A program made the translations under genes and the position numbers. From Candidatus Enterousia sp. (GTDB lineage Bacteria; Pseudomonadota; Alphaproteobacteria; Rs-D84), in the NCBI GenBank assembly GCA_045646625.1, contig JAZRLB010000007.1:3369-67368 (forward strand): a DNA stretch of 64,000 nt, read 5' to 3'. The notes under the pieces were generated by a model. The model was not told the DNA's origin. It did no database searches and saw nothing but the letters and a program-made list of their open reading frames with translations. Shown here in pieces: positions 49,794-59,900 of the stretch. Position 1 is the first letter of the stretch. Every line of letters begins with the position of its first letter.

Positions 49794-50510
49794 ATGAGTG
49801 GACACAGTAAATGGCATAACATCCAACATAAAAAAGGCGCAGCCGACGCAGCACGCAGTGGGTTGTTCACAAAATTGGCGCGTGAAATTACTATGGCGGC
49901 AAAATTGGGCGATAAAAATCCGGATAATAATCCTCGTTTGCGCTTGGCGATTTTAACCGCACGCAAGAATTCTATGCCAAATGATAATATCAAACGCGCA
50001 ATTGACAAGGCGTCAGGTGCAAATACGGAAAATTATGAAGCAGTGCGCTATGAAGGTTATGGTCCAGGTGCGGTGCCTGTTATTGTAGAGGCGTTGACCG
50101 ATAATCCACGTCGTACTGTGCCAGAAATTCGCAATATCTTTGGTAAAAATGGCGGAAATATGGGCGAAGAAGGCAGTGTTGTGTTTATGTTTACACGCGC
50201 GGGTCAGATTATGTATCCGGCATCCATCGGTAAAACCGAAGATGAAATGATGGAAATTATTATGGAAGCAAATGCGGATAATCTGGAAACATCCGAAGAA
50301 GGCTTTATCATCACAACAAAACCAGAAGATTTTATCACAGCCCAGAAATATCTGGCCGATAAATTGGGTGAGCCAGAACAGGCAGAGCTGACCTGGATTC
50401 CAAATATGCCAATGGATTTAGATGACGAGGCGTATGCCAAGTTGGAAAAGTTGGTTGATGCGCTGGATGCCAACGACGATGTGCAGAAGGTGTTTACCGC
50501 CGCAGCATAG
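49794..50510 (+). CDS. yebC: YebC/PmpR family protein
   Basis: MSGHSKW.NI.H.K, NPRLR, YEGYGP, TDN..RT, DDVQ.V. Confidence 0.97.
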   Translation: MSGHSKWHNIQHKKGAADAARSGLFTKLAREITMAAKLGDKNPDNNPRLRLAILTARKNSMPNDNIKRAIDKASGANTENYEAVRYEGYGPGAVPVIVEALTDNPRRTVPEIRNIFGKNGGNMGEEGSVVFMFTRAGQIMYPASIGKTEDEMMEIIMEANADNLETSEEGFIITTKPEDFITAQKYLADKLGEPEQAELTWIPNMPMDLDDEAYAKLEKLVDALDANDDVQKVFTAAA

Positions 50511-50695
50511 GCAAATATAATTCATCTAAAAAACAAAACCGATGACTCATGTAACGTCTGTACACTACGTCATCGGCTTTGTTTTTGTCTAAATCATATT
50601 TGCCTATGCTGTTTCAAGTGCTAGGGGATATGTAGCGTCTGTACACTATGGGGACGGCACTGTCTATATCTATACCATTATCTTTTATTTTTAGT
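50503..50695. repeat. Two ERIC/RPE-like units downstream of yebC
   Basis: Cores at 50546 and 50628; terminal IR CAGCATAGGCAAATAT/ATATTTGCCTATGCTG includes the yebC stop. Confidence 0.85.
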
Positions 50696-50745
50696 CTAAA
50701 AAAGATATCTTGATTTTTTTTGTGGTTGGTAATAATATTAGATTC

Positions 50746-50802
50746 ATGAAAATGTTTGGTTCTTTCTTTACTACAACAACTACAACCCCTTTGGGGGTGT
50801 AA
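50746..50802 (+). promoter_or_regulatory. thrS leader peptide MKMFGSFFTTTTTTPLGV*
   Basis: Six consecutive Thr codons upstream of thrS; TTGATT-17-TAATAT promoter immediately upstream. Confidence 0.85.
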
Positions 50803-50887
50803 TTTCTATTTGCGATAAATCGCACAATTTTTTAAAATTAAACAGTTAATCAGATATAAAAAAGTAAAATATAAAAAGGTTAGAATT

Positions 50888-52621
50888 ATGGCATATGATA
50901 TTGAATTAATGCGTCATTCATTAGCGCACGTTATGGCGGCGGCGGTAAAAAAACTGCACCCGGATGTTAAATTTGCGGGTGGGCCCGCAATTGAAAATGG
51001 GTTTTATTATGACTTTGATACAGAATATCGTTTTTCCGAAAATGATTTTGAAAAAATCGAAAAGGAAATGCGTGATTTGATTAAGTCTAATGGGCGTTTT
51101 GAACAGCGTAATGTGTCCCTGGATGAAGCAAAAGAAATCTTTGCAGATCAGCCATACAAAATGGAATGGTTGAATGAATATGATGCGGCTGGTGAAGCGC
51201 TGTCTGTCTATGCTTTCCGTGATTTTGTTGACCTGTGTCGTGGTCCACACGTTGAAAGTTCTAAGGATTTGCCGCGAGACAGTTTCAAAATTCGCAGTGT
51301 TGCAGGCGCATACTGGAAAGGGGATTCGAAAAATAAAATGTTGCAGCGTATCTATGTGGATGCGTTCGCAACTAAAGAAGAATTAGAACAGTTCTTGAAA
51401 ATGCAGGAAGAGGCTGCCGCACGAGATAATCGCAAATTGGGTAAAGATATGGATTTGTTCCATTTTGAACCAGAATATGCGCCGGGGTCTGTGTTCTGGC
51501 ACGACAAGGGATACAGAATGTATCGCAAGCTGATTGAATATGTGCGTCTGCGTCAGGAAATGGCGGGCTATCAGGAAATTTCAACACCTGCTGTTATGGA
51601 CAGGTGTTTGTGGGAAAGATCTGGTCACTGGGCAAAGTATGGCGAACATAACTATTCAGGTAAAACCCAGGATGGCAAAGTGTTCTGTATTAAGCCTATG
51701 TCGTGCCCAGGTGGGATGTTGGTGTTTGGGCACGGTCTGCGTTCTTATAAGGATTTGCCATTGTATATGGCTGAATTTGGTAAGGTTCATCGCTATGAAG
51801 CGGCCGGTGGTTTGTCTGGACTGATGCGTGTGCGTGAATTTACCCAGGACGATGCGCATATCTTTTGCACGGAAGAACAGTTGGAAGAAGAAGTTGTTAA
51901 GATTTTGCGTTTTATCAAAGATATTTATGGAAAATTCGGCTTTGATAAAATTACTATGAAATTGGCAACGCGTAAAGAATCAGAATTCCGTATTGGGTCT
52001 GACGAAATTTGGGACAAAGCCGAAGGCGCATTAAAGCACGCGCTGGATGCGAATGGTATTGAATACGAAATTGCCGAAGGTGATGCCGCGTTCTATGGTC
52101 CAAAGATTGATAACTATCTGCGTGATTCTATGGGACGCGTATGGCAATGCGGTACGGTGCAATTGGATATGAATTTGCCAGAACGTTTTGATTTGTCTTA
52201 TGTTGGCGAAGATGGTGAAAAGCATCGCCCGATTATGTTGCATCGCGCGATGTTGGGTTCGATTGAACGCTTTATGGGCGTATTGTTGGAATCAACAGGT
52301 GGTAATTTGCCGTTGTGGTTGAGTCCAGAACCGGTTGTTGTTGCGCCAATTTCACAAAAATACGCAGAATATGCGAATGAAATTGTGGCGGCTTTGCGAG
52401 CGTCGGGTATAAATGCACGGGCAGATTTGCGTGATGAAAAAGTAAACTATAAAATCCGCGAATTGTCTTTGGCAAAAACACCGATTATCGCGATTGTTGG
52501 AGAAAAAGAAATGGCAGAAAAAATGGTGACTCTGCGTCGTTTGGGTGTTGAAAAGCAGGAATCAATGCCAATGGCGGAATTTGTCGAAATGATGAAAGAT
52601 AGTGTCAAAATGCCGTTGTGA
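50888..52621 (+). CDS. thrS: Threonine--tRNA ligase lacking the N-terminal TGS domain
   Basis: RHSLAH, DLCRGPH, GAYW.G, KPM.CP, RVREFTQDD.H, AFYGPK, HRA..GS.ERF. Confidence 0.98.
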   Translation: MAYDIELMRHSLAHVMAAAVKKLHPDVKFAGGPAIENGFYYDFDTEYRFSENDFEKIEKEMRDLIKSNGRFEQRNVSLDEAKEIFADQPYKMEWLNEYDAAGEALSVYAFRDFVDLCRGPHVESSKDLPRDSFKIRSVAGAYWKGDSKNKMLQRIYVDAFATKEELEQFLKMQEEAAARDNRKLGKDMDLFHFEPEYAPGSVFWHDKGYRMYRKLIEYVRLRQEMAGYQEISTPAVMDRCLWERSGHWAKYGEHNYSGKTQDGKVFCIKPMSCPGGMLVFGHGLRSYKDLPLYMAEFGKVHRYEAAGGLSGLMRVREFTQDDAHIFCTEEQLEEEVVKILRFIKDIYGKFGFDKITMKLATRKESEFRIGSDEIWDKAEGALKHALDANGIEYEIAEGDAAFYGPKIDNYLRDSMGRVWQCGTVQLDMNLPERFDLSYVGEDGEKHRPIMLHRAMLGSIERFMGVLLESTGGNLPLWLSPEPVVVAPISQKYAEYANEIVAALRASGINARADLRDEKVNYKIRELSLAKTPIIAIVGEKEMAEKMVTLRRLGVEKQESMPMAEFVEMMKDSVKMPL

Positions 52622-52672
52622 TTTTGTTGGGGTGTGAAATTGCGCCCCAATAACAATTAAGGAGATGATAGA

Positions 52673-52816
52673 ATGAAAAAAAAATTGATGGTTATTGCGT
52701 TGCTGGTTGTGCCAGTTCTGGTGACGGGATGTGCAAAAAAGTGCGAGGTTGAACCAATTGTCGAACAAAATCATAAATTGATTGTGCCGCCAAATTTTGG
52801 AAATATGCCAAAGTAA
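52673..52816 (+). CDS. 47-aa small lipoprotein (MKKKLMVIALLVVPVLVTGCAKKCEVEPIVEQNHKLIVPPNFGNMPK)
   Basis: AAGGAG upstream, VTGC lipobox, LIVPP.F motif reminiscent of DUF3035. Confidence 0.7.
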   Translation: MKKKLMVIALLVVPVLVTGCAKKCEVEPIVEQNHKLIVPPNFGNMPK

Positions 52817-52893
52817 AAATTTATGCCAAAGCATTTTGTCTTTGGCTTTTTTTGTGATATAATGTTCACAATGAATAAGAGGGAGTTTTTATC

Positions 52894-53688
52894 ATGAACG
52901 ATGATAACAATTTGGATTTACTGGATTTAGATGACAACGGTGCAATGGACACTTTGCCAGAAGCGACGTCGTTCGCAGCACCAAGACCAAAAAAACCTTG
53001 GTTGTTGCTGAGTGTGGGATTGTTGGTAATCGTGTTGGCGACATATGTTATTATTCGTGCAATTGGTGATGATTCTGCGTCTTCGATAGAAGTGGATTTA
53101 GATGCACCGGTTGTTGTTGATGCAGGGGCAGGGCAACCAGTGCCAGTTGATATGAATGTTATGCCACCGGCACAACCTGCGCAGATTCAGCCGCAGCCAG
53201 TAGCACAGCCAGCGGCGCAACCGCAAGTTGTCGCACAGCCGGCGACACAGCCGCAAGTTGTCGCGCAGCCTGTGACGCAAACGGCGGGTGTGCCAGTGCG
53301 TGTTGTCGAAGAACGTCAAGAAGTAAAATTTAATCCTGCGGTGGAAGCAAAGCCTGCGGAAAAACCAAAAACTGTAACCGCAAAACCTGCAGCGAAAAAA
53401 ACGCCAACAAAGACAGCAAGTCAAACTGTGTCTAAGCCTGTGGTAGGTGCCTGGTATGTTCAGTTCGGTTCATACAGTACACGTGCGTTGGCGGAAAGCG
53501 CCCAGCGTCAGATTCAAAACGCACATAAGAGCTTGTTTGATGGACATCAGTTTGTTATTCTGGCAGCCCAGTTAAAGGATGGCAAGACGACATATCGTTT
53601 GCGTGTCGCGTTCAAGACGGCTGCAGATGCAAATGGTTTCTGTCGCAATGCTAAATCCGATGGGTTGGATTGCTATGTGGCGAAATAA
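52894..53688 (+). CDS. SPOR-domain (FtsN-like) membrane protein
   Basis: One TM, Q/P-rich repeats, WYVQFGSY....A, YRLRV.F.....A..FC. Confidence 0.88.
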   Translation: MNDDNNLDLLDLDDNGAMDTLPEATSFAAPRPKKPWLLLSVGLLVIVLATYVIIRAIGDDSASSIEVDLDAPVVVDAGAGQPVPVDMNVMPPAQPAQIQPQPVAQPAAQPQVVAQPATQPQVVAQPVTQTAGVPVRVVEERQEVKFNPAVEAKPAEKPKTVTAKPAAKKTPTKTASQTVSKPVVGAWYVQFGSYSTRALAESAQRQIQNAHKSLFDGHQFVILAAQLKDGKTTYRLRVAFKTAADANGFCRNAKSDGLDCYVAK

Positions 53689-53704
53689 TAAAAGGAGAAT
53701 CTGA

Positions 53705-53917
53705 ATGTTTGGACGTTTTGGATGGGCGGAAATACTGGTTATTGTCATTTTGTTGGTTATCTTGTTCGGGTCTAATAAGATTCCAGGAATGATGAAGAAT
53801 TTGGCAGATGGTTTGAATGTTTTTAAAAAAGAAGTTAAGAAAAGCACGCCAAAACAGGTGGAAAAAAAGCCTGTTAAAAAACAGGTGAAAAAAAAGATGC
53901 CAGTAAAAAAGAAATAA
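53705..53917 (+). CDS. tatA: Twin-arginine translocase TatA/E
   Basis: G..EIL.I....LFG..KIP....L..G...FKK. Confidence 0.92.
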   Translation: MFGRFGWAEILVIVILLVILFGSNKIPGMMKNLADGLNVFKKEVKKSTPKQVEKKPVKKQVKKKMPVKKK

Positions 53918-53942
53918 AAAAATCCCCAATCTTGGGGATTTT

Positions 53943-54304
53943 TTATCTGGCTTTTTTCTGATCCATTAAAAAACGAACTTGTTGCAGGCGGTTGCTTAAT
54001 TCGTCGGAATATACGATGATAGAGTTCAGAAAATTCATGGGTTCTGTGTCCAGCTGGACCATATCTGTTGCCGTAATTTTTAACGCAGGGTATGGATACA
54101 TACTGCTTTTAAAAACTTCGGGTTTTATGCCGTGTTGTTCAAAAATAAATTTGCAAATCTTAACGTATTTTTGGGGTTGTGGAATATGGTATCTGCATAG
54201 GATGCCGTTGTGGTCTTTGATGAAAGGGGGGCTTTGATGAGTTTTTTTAATAATTCGGCATCAGTCTTGGTTTATGAATTATACGAGTTTGTTTTGTATG
54301 GCAT
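53943..54304 (-). pseudogene. Disrupted orphan gene
   Basis: AAGGA plus ATG at 54304 hits TAA after 10 codons; a ~105-codon frame ending ...DQKKAR* lacks an N-terminal start. Confidence 0.45.
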
Positions 54305-54419
54305 CGAAAATCCTTTTTGGTAATTTGGGTTCCAAATACAGTACAAAAGAATAGGCTGTCAATGTTGAAATTAGCAGTTTTATGTTGAAAGTTTCTTTTT
54401 TTTGTACTAGAATTCACGC

Positions 54420-54600
54420 GTTGTGTTTAATTGTGTTGACGTGATTGACGACCACCGAGCAGGCGAACACAGATAAAGTTATAAATCAGGGTGGCACCGC
54501 GCGGCCAAATTGACCTGCGCCCCTGAAAACTAACAATTAAGAAAGGGTGCCGAAATTCCAATTTATGTTTTTCGTGCCCGAATTTGAAAAAAAAGGGACC
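54420..54600 (+). promoter_or_regulatory. T-box-like leader of aspS
   Basis: TCAGGG-TGGCACC-GCGC...GCGC-CCCTGA antiterminator at 54486-54526; promoter TTGAAA-17-TAGAAT at 54385-54413. Confidence 0.8.
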
Positions 54601-54603
54601 AAA

Positions 54604-56373
54604 ATGTTATCTTTGAAATCAAAGTACAGAACCCATACTTGTGGTGAATTAAATACATCAAATGTGGGCAACCGTGTTGTTTTGTCGGGGTGGGTGCATC
54701 GTAAACGTGACCATGGCTCGTTGATGTTTGTAGACCTGCGTGATAATTATGGTATTACCCAGGTGGTTTTTGATGGTGGAAATGAAGCACTGGAAAAAGT
54801 GCGCCCAGAATCCGTTATTAAAGTTGTTGGCAATGTTGTCGCACGTGATGCGAATGCTGTTAATGATAAAATTCCAACTGGTGGTATCGAAATTCAGGCG
54901 GAATCTTTTGAAGTTTTAACAAATGCAGATGTGCTGCCTTTCCAGGTGTTCGGCGATGATGATTCTGTGGCCGAGGATTTGCGTTTGAAATATCGCTATA
55001 TTGATTTGAGACGCGAAAGTCTGCACAAGAATATTTTGTTCCGTAATCGCGTTATGAAATTTCTGCGCGATAAAATGTGGGATATGGGATTTTCAGAATT
55101 CCAGACACCAATTTTGACTGCGTCATCACCAGAAGGTGCGCGTGACTTTATCGTGCCAAGTCGTAATCATCACGGTATGTTCTATGCCTTGCCACAGGCG
55201 CCACAGCAGTTTAAGCAGTTTATTCAGATTTCTGGGTTTGATAGATATTTCCAGATTGCGCCTTGTTTCCGTGACGAAGATTTGCGTGCGGACAGATTGT
55301 TAGAATTCTATCAGTTGGATTTGGAAATGTCGTTTGTGGACCTGCCAGATATTCAGGCGGTGGGTAATAAATTAATGCCAGAAATGATTCGCGAATTTGT
55401 GCCAGGTGCAAAAATATGCGAAGAAATTCCACATATTCCATTCGATGAAGCAATGCTGAAATATGGTTCGGATAAACCAGATTTGCGTAATCCGATTATC
55501 ATTTCTGATGTGACTGAAATTTTCCGTGGGTCTGATTTTGGTATCTTTGCGAATGCGGTTGAAAATGGCAGCGTCGTTCGCGCAATTCCGGCACCAAATT
55601 CGGCGGATAAACCACGTTCTTGGTTTGATAAACTGGGGGAATTTGCAGTCAAAGAATTAGGACTGGGTGGTTTGGGATACATCGTGTTTGCAGATGAGGC
55701 CAAAGGACCTGTTGCAAAAAAATTGGATTCGGAACATATCGCAAAGTTGCGTGAAATCGCAGGTGATAATTCATCATTGTTCTTTGTTTGTGACGAAGTA
55801 AATGCCGCCGCCAAGGCAGCTGGTAAATTGCGTAACAAGTTGGGTGATGATTTAGGGTTGATTGATCCAAAGGAATTCCGTTTCTGTTGGATAGAAGAAT
55901 TTCCGTTCTTTGAAGCGGACGAAGAATCACCAACAGGTATCGCGTTTACGCATAATCCGTTCTCGTTCCCGATGGCAACGTTGGAAGAACTGAATACTAA
56001 AAATCCATTGGAAATCAAAGCGGCGCAGTTCGATATGGTGTTGAATGGCGCAGAAATCTGCAGTGGTGGTTTGCGCAACTTTAACCCAGAAGTTATGTTG
56101 AAATGCTTTGATATCACCGGGTACAGTGAAGAAGTTGTAAAAGAAAAATTTGGTGGTATGTATACTGCATTCCAATATGGTGCGCCACCACACGGTGGTT
56201 GTGCGTTTGGGTTGGATCGACTGGTTCAGATTATGTTGGATGAACCAAACCTGCGCCAGGTTGTGATATTCCCAACGAATCAGCGTGGTCAGGACTTGAT
56301 GATGGGGGCGCCGACAACTGTGACTGAAAAACAGTTGCGCGAAGTACACATTCAGGTGCGCAAGAAAAACTAA
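54604..56373 (+). CDS. aspS: Aspartate--tRNA ligase, probably non-discriminating
   Basis: YRTHTCGEL, RDHG (His of ND-AspRS), PEGARDF, LPQAPQQFKQ, GAPPHGG.A.GLDR. Confidence 0.98.
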   Translation: MLSLKSKYRTHTCGELNTSNVGNRVVLSGWVHRKRDHGSLMFVDLRDNYGITQVVFDGGNEALEKVRPESVIKVVGNVVARDANAVNDKIPTGGIEIQAESFEVLTNADVLPFQVFGDDDSVAEDLRLKYRYIDLRRESLHKNILFRNRVMKFLRDKMWDMGFSEFQTPILTASSPEGARDFIVPSRNHHGMFYALPQAPQQFKQFIQISGFDRYFQIAPCFRDEDLRADRLLEFYQLDLEMSFVDLPDIQAVGNKLMPEMIREFVPGAKICEEIPHIPFDEAMLKYGSDKPDLRNPIIISDVTEIFRGSDFGIFANAVENGSVVRAIPAPNSADKPRSWFDKLGEFAVKELGLGGLGYIVFADEAKGPVAKKLDSEHIAKLREIAGDNSSLFFVCDEVNAAAKAAGKLRNKLGDDLGLIDPKEFRFCWIEEFPFFEADEESPTGIAFTHNPFSFPMATLEELNTKNPLEIKAAQFDMVLNGAEICSGGLRNFNPEVMLKCFDITGYSEEVVKEKFGGMYTAFQYGAPPHGGCAFGLDRLVQIMLDEPNLRQVVIFPTNQRGQDLMMGAPTTVTEKQLREVHIQVRKKN

Positions 56374-56469
56374 ACAAAGTTCCCGCTGAAAGGCGGGATT
56401 TTTTATGATACGATATGAATAAAATTGTTATTGCAAAAAATTGTTAGAGGGTTATAATTGGCGGTGCAT

Positions 56470-56543
56470 TGGGGTGTCGTCTAATGGTAGGACAAGAGAT
56501 TTTGGTTCTCTTTATCATGGTTCGAATCCGTGCGCCCCAACCA
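56470..56543 (+). tRNA. tRNA-Gln(TTG)
   Basis: U1-A72 stem, TTTTGGT loop, TTCGAAT, CCA. Confidence 0.92.
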
Positions 56544-56930
56544 AATTCAAAAACACCCCAGATGGGGTGTTTTTTAATTTGCTATACGTCACGGATTGTG
56601 CAAACTGTTTAATTTCGTTTGCACGGCAAAACATTATCAATGTTTTGTACGTGTTTCGGCAAATCACAGATTTCCCAAAACACTAGTGGGGGGCATCCCC
56701 ACACCCCTGTGTGCGCCCCAACCAATATTCAAACGCCCCGTTTGGGGCGTTTTAACATTGGTATATGTACGGATTGCACAAATATTTTCATATATTTGTG
56801 CAGCAAAACATTATCAATGTTTTGTACGTGTTTCGGCAAATCACAGATTTCCAAAACACTAGTGGGGGCATCCCCACACCCCTGTGTGCGCGACCGACCA
56901 ATATTCAAACGCCCCATTTGGGGCGTTTGA
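56530..56930 (+). repeat. ~180-bp tandem repeats each ending in a tRNA-Gln 3'-end copy plus a terminator
   Basis: GTGCGCCCCAACCAA at 56530 and 56711, degenerate at 56886; internal blocks nearly identical. Confidence 0.88.
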
Positions 56931-56944
56931 TTGTTTTTACAGAT

Positions 56945-59900
56945 TTAAAATTCATATCTGAATTTTATGCGGCCTGTTTGGGATGTGTAATCTGTGCGGG
57001 ATTCGATGTCATAGTTTAATGACATATTGAATGCCCCGTACATCATACCAATTTCAAGACCAACTTCGTTCGCAATGCGTGATAAGTGTTCGCCGTCCAG
57101 GGTGTATGCGCTGATGCCGGGCATTGAGACCGTTATATGATTGTCATCTGATATCAGGTCGTACTTTAATGCATAGTGTATTCCGGGACGAACAACCCAG
57201 CCGTTATTCAATAACAGGTCAAATCCATAGCGTGTGCTAAGGGATGCTGTCATGTAATCTGTGCCGTCAATTTTGCTGCGTATGCCTAATGAATTGGTGT
57301 AGTCTGCAGAACCTATGTGCAGATATTGCACGGATAATTCAGGACTGATTCCGCCAAGAAACTCATAGCCGATTGTGGCGGCCGCACCAAATGAATTCAG
57401 GTCATAATCCCCGGATACATAAATGCCTAAGGCGTCGCCTTTTTCTGTATAGTCGGACATTGTGTAATTTACAATGGCGTTCATATACCAGTTATTGGGT
57501 TTGTATTGCCCATAGACAAAGAGCGAGTGTGAGTCAATATCGGTATTACGGGCAATGGCACCAATATCTGAATGAGCGTACATATATCCCATACCCAATG
57601 TCCAAGTGTCGTTTACTGTGCCATCAAAACCAACCGATATGCCACGGGTATAGCCGTTAAAACTGTCGTTCAGTTTTGATTTGTTGTATAGGCCTTGGGT
57701 CCAGAAGCCGCCAAGGTCAATTGTTTCGTCGCCGCCGTTGCGCCCTATGTCAAATCCATTCAGACGGTTGTATGCCAATAACTGCATGGTGTTTTGGGTG
57801 CTGGCGCTGATGGAATGATTAACTGGCGATAATTCTGGATTGATTGCGCGGGTGGCGTGTTCAACCGCTTCGCGACCAGTCTGGGTGCTGTCGGACAGAC
57901 TTTCCTGCATTAATAATGACAGGTCATTTAGGCGCGTGGATGATGCCATGGATACGTTTGAAACTGTGCGTGCAGCATCGTTTGATATGTTATTTTGTGT
58001 GGCAATATCTTCGACAGATTTCAGACTTGCAGTGACGTCCCCACTGTTCCAAGTTAGGTCATAGACAGAACTGGTGATGTCGGTGTTGGTGAATATTTGA
58101 TTGCCGAAAACTTTATATGTGCCCGCCGAATCAAATGACAGTTTTATTGTGCCGTCGCCTGTAAAGCCGTCTGTGTTTTCTACGTTAATTTGGGCGGTGT
58201 TGCCGGTGCGCAGTACAGCAAGCAGGGTGCCGTCCAATTTTACTGCACCTTGGGAAATTGTGGCGGTACCAATGTTCAATGTGCTGCCAGATGCAATGTT
58301 TAATGTTCCAGTGCCTGTGACGCCGCCGGTCATCGTTGTGTCGCCATTCAGATTTACTGTACCATCGTTATGGATGTCGTTTGCAAGGCCGTTTGCGGTG
58401 TTGCCAGAAAATGTTGCGTTGCCATTAAACGTGATTGTATCATTGTTATAGATTGCGCCACCTTGGCCACTTGCGTGGTTGTTTGCAAATGTTGTGTTGC
58501 CGTTAAACGTTATGTCGGACGTGCCGCCATCGCCAGATGTGGCATTCCAAATTGCGCCACCGTCCAAAGTTGCGGTGTTGTTGCGGAATGCGCTGGTGCC
58601 ATTGATTGTGACGGATGAGTCTTGATCTGCGCCGTCAAATGCACGCGACACGATTGCACCGCCGTATGCGCTGGATGTGTTGTTTGCAAATGTGTTTGTG
58701 CTGGCGGATGTGCCAATTGTCAGTGTCGTAGTATTGGTGTTGCCACGATTGTGAATTGCGCCGCCGCCACTTTTGGTTGTGCCTGTATCGGATGCGGTAT
58801 TGCCGGTAAATGTATTTGTTTGGGATGTGATATTCAGATCGCCTGCATTAAAGATTGCACCGCCATAGCCCGCGCTGGATTTGTTGTTTGTAAATGATAC
58901 GGATGATGCCGTCATTGTGATTTCGCCGCCGTTATCTAATGCGCCAGCCGTACTGGTGGTTTGATTGTTATCAAATAAAACGCGACCATATGTTGCAATT
59001 GATACAGCACCTGCGTTTTTAAGTCCGCCGCCATTGCTGCCTGTGTTATTTGTAAAAATAAAGTCGCCGCCAGTGCCATTAATTGTGCCTGAGTTTACCA
59101 ATGCGCCGTTTAGTGGGTTTGTGTTTTTGTCAAATGTGACGCCGTTTGCAAATGAAACAGTGCCGGTTGTGTCGTTGTTTAACAATGTGCCTGTGCCTGT
59201 GTTTTCTGAAAAGACTGCGCTGTCCATAAATGTCAGGTTGCTGGTCGGTTTATCAATGAATATGGCTGCGCCAGAGCCTGCGGCATTGTTTGTGAATGTT
59301 GCGGATTTTGTAAAACTGACATCGCCGCCCAGGATTGACATTGCGCCGCCACTTGTTGTGGCACTGTTGCCAGTAAAGGTTGTGTTGTCGTTAAATGTTA
59401 TGTCGTCTGCCGCCAGTATTGCGCCACCACGATGCGAAGATGAATTGTTGGTAAAGTTTGCTGTACTATCAAATACGATTGTGCCACCGCGATGATTTAT
59501 TGCACCGCCGCCGGAAAATACGCTGTTGTTTGATGTGCCATTAGCTGTGTTGTTTGCAAATGTTGTTGCGCCAATGAATTGAATGTCTGGGGATGAATAT
59601 GTGCCATTTCCATAATTAAATATAGCGCCACCGCCGTTTGGATTGTTTGTGCCGTTGGATGTAAATATTGCGTCGCCATTAAATACTGTTTTGCCACCAA
59701 CTGTAAAGTCGTCGCCAGTCACAGATGATAGCCAGCCATTTCCAATAACGCCACCCATACCACCGTTATTCAGGCTGTTGCTATTGAAAGTGCTGGTGCC
59801 GTCAAATGTTAGGGTTGTGTTCGGAACGTTTTCCATATAAAAAACACCACCATTATTTGCGGTTGTTGATGTGATGTTGGATGCTGTCAGGTCTGTGTAA

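Noticed and set aside
53160-53290. QPQVVAQP tandem repeats
   Set aside because: Ordinary low-complexity linker of a SPOR/FtsN-like protein
56441-57019. Short ORFs within the tRNA-Gln repeats
   Set aside because: Overlap the tRNA and terminators; indels between units break the frames
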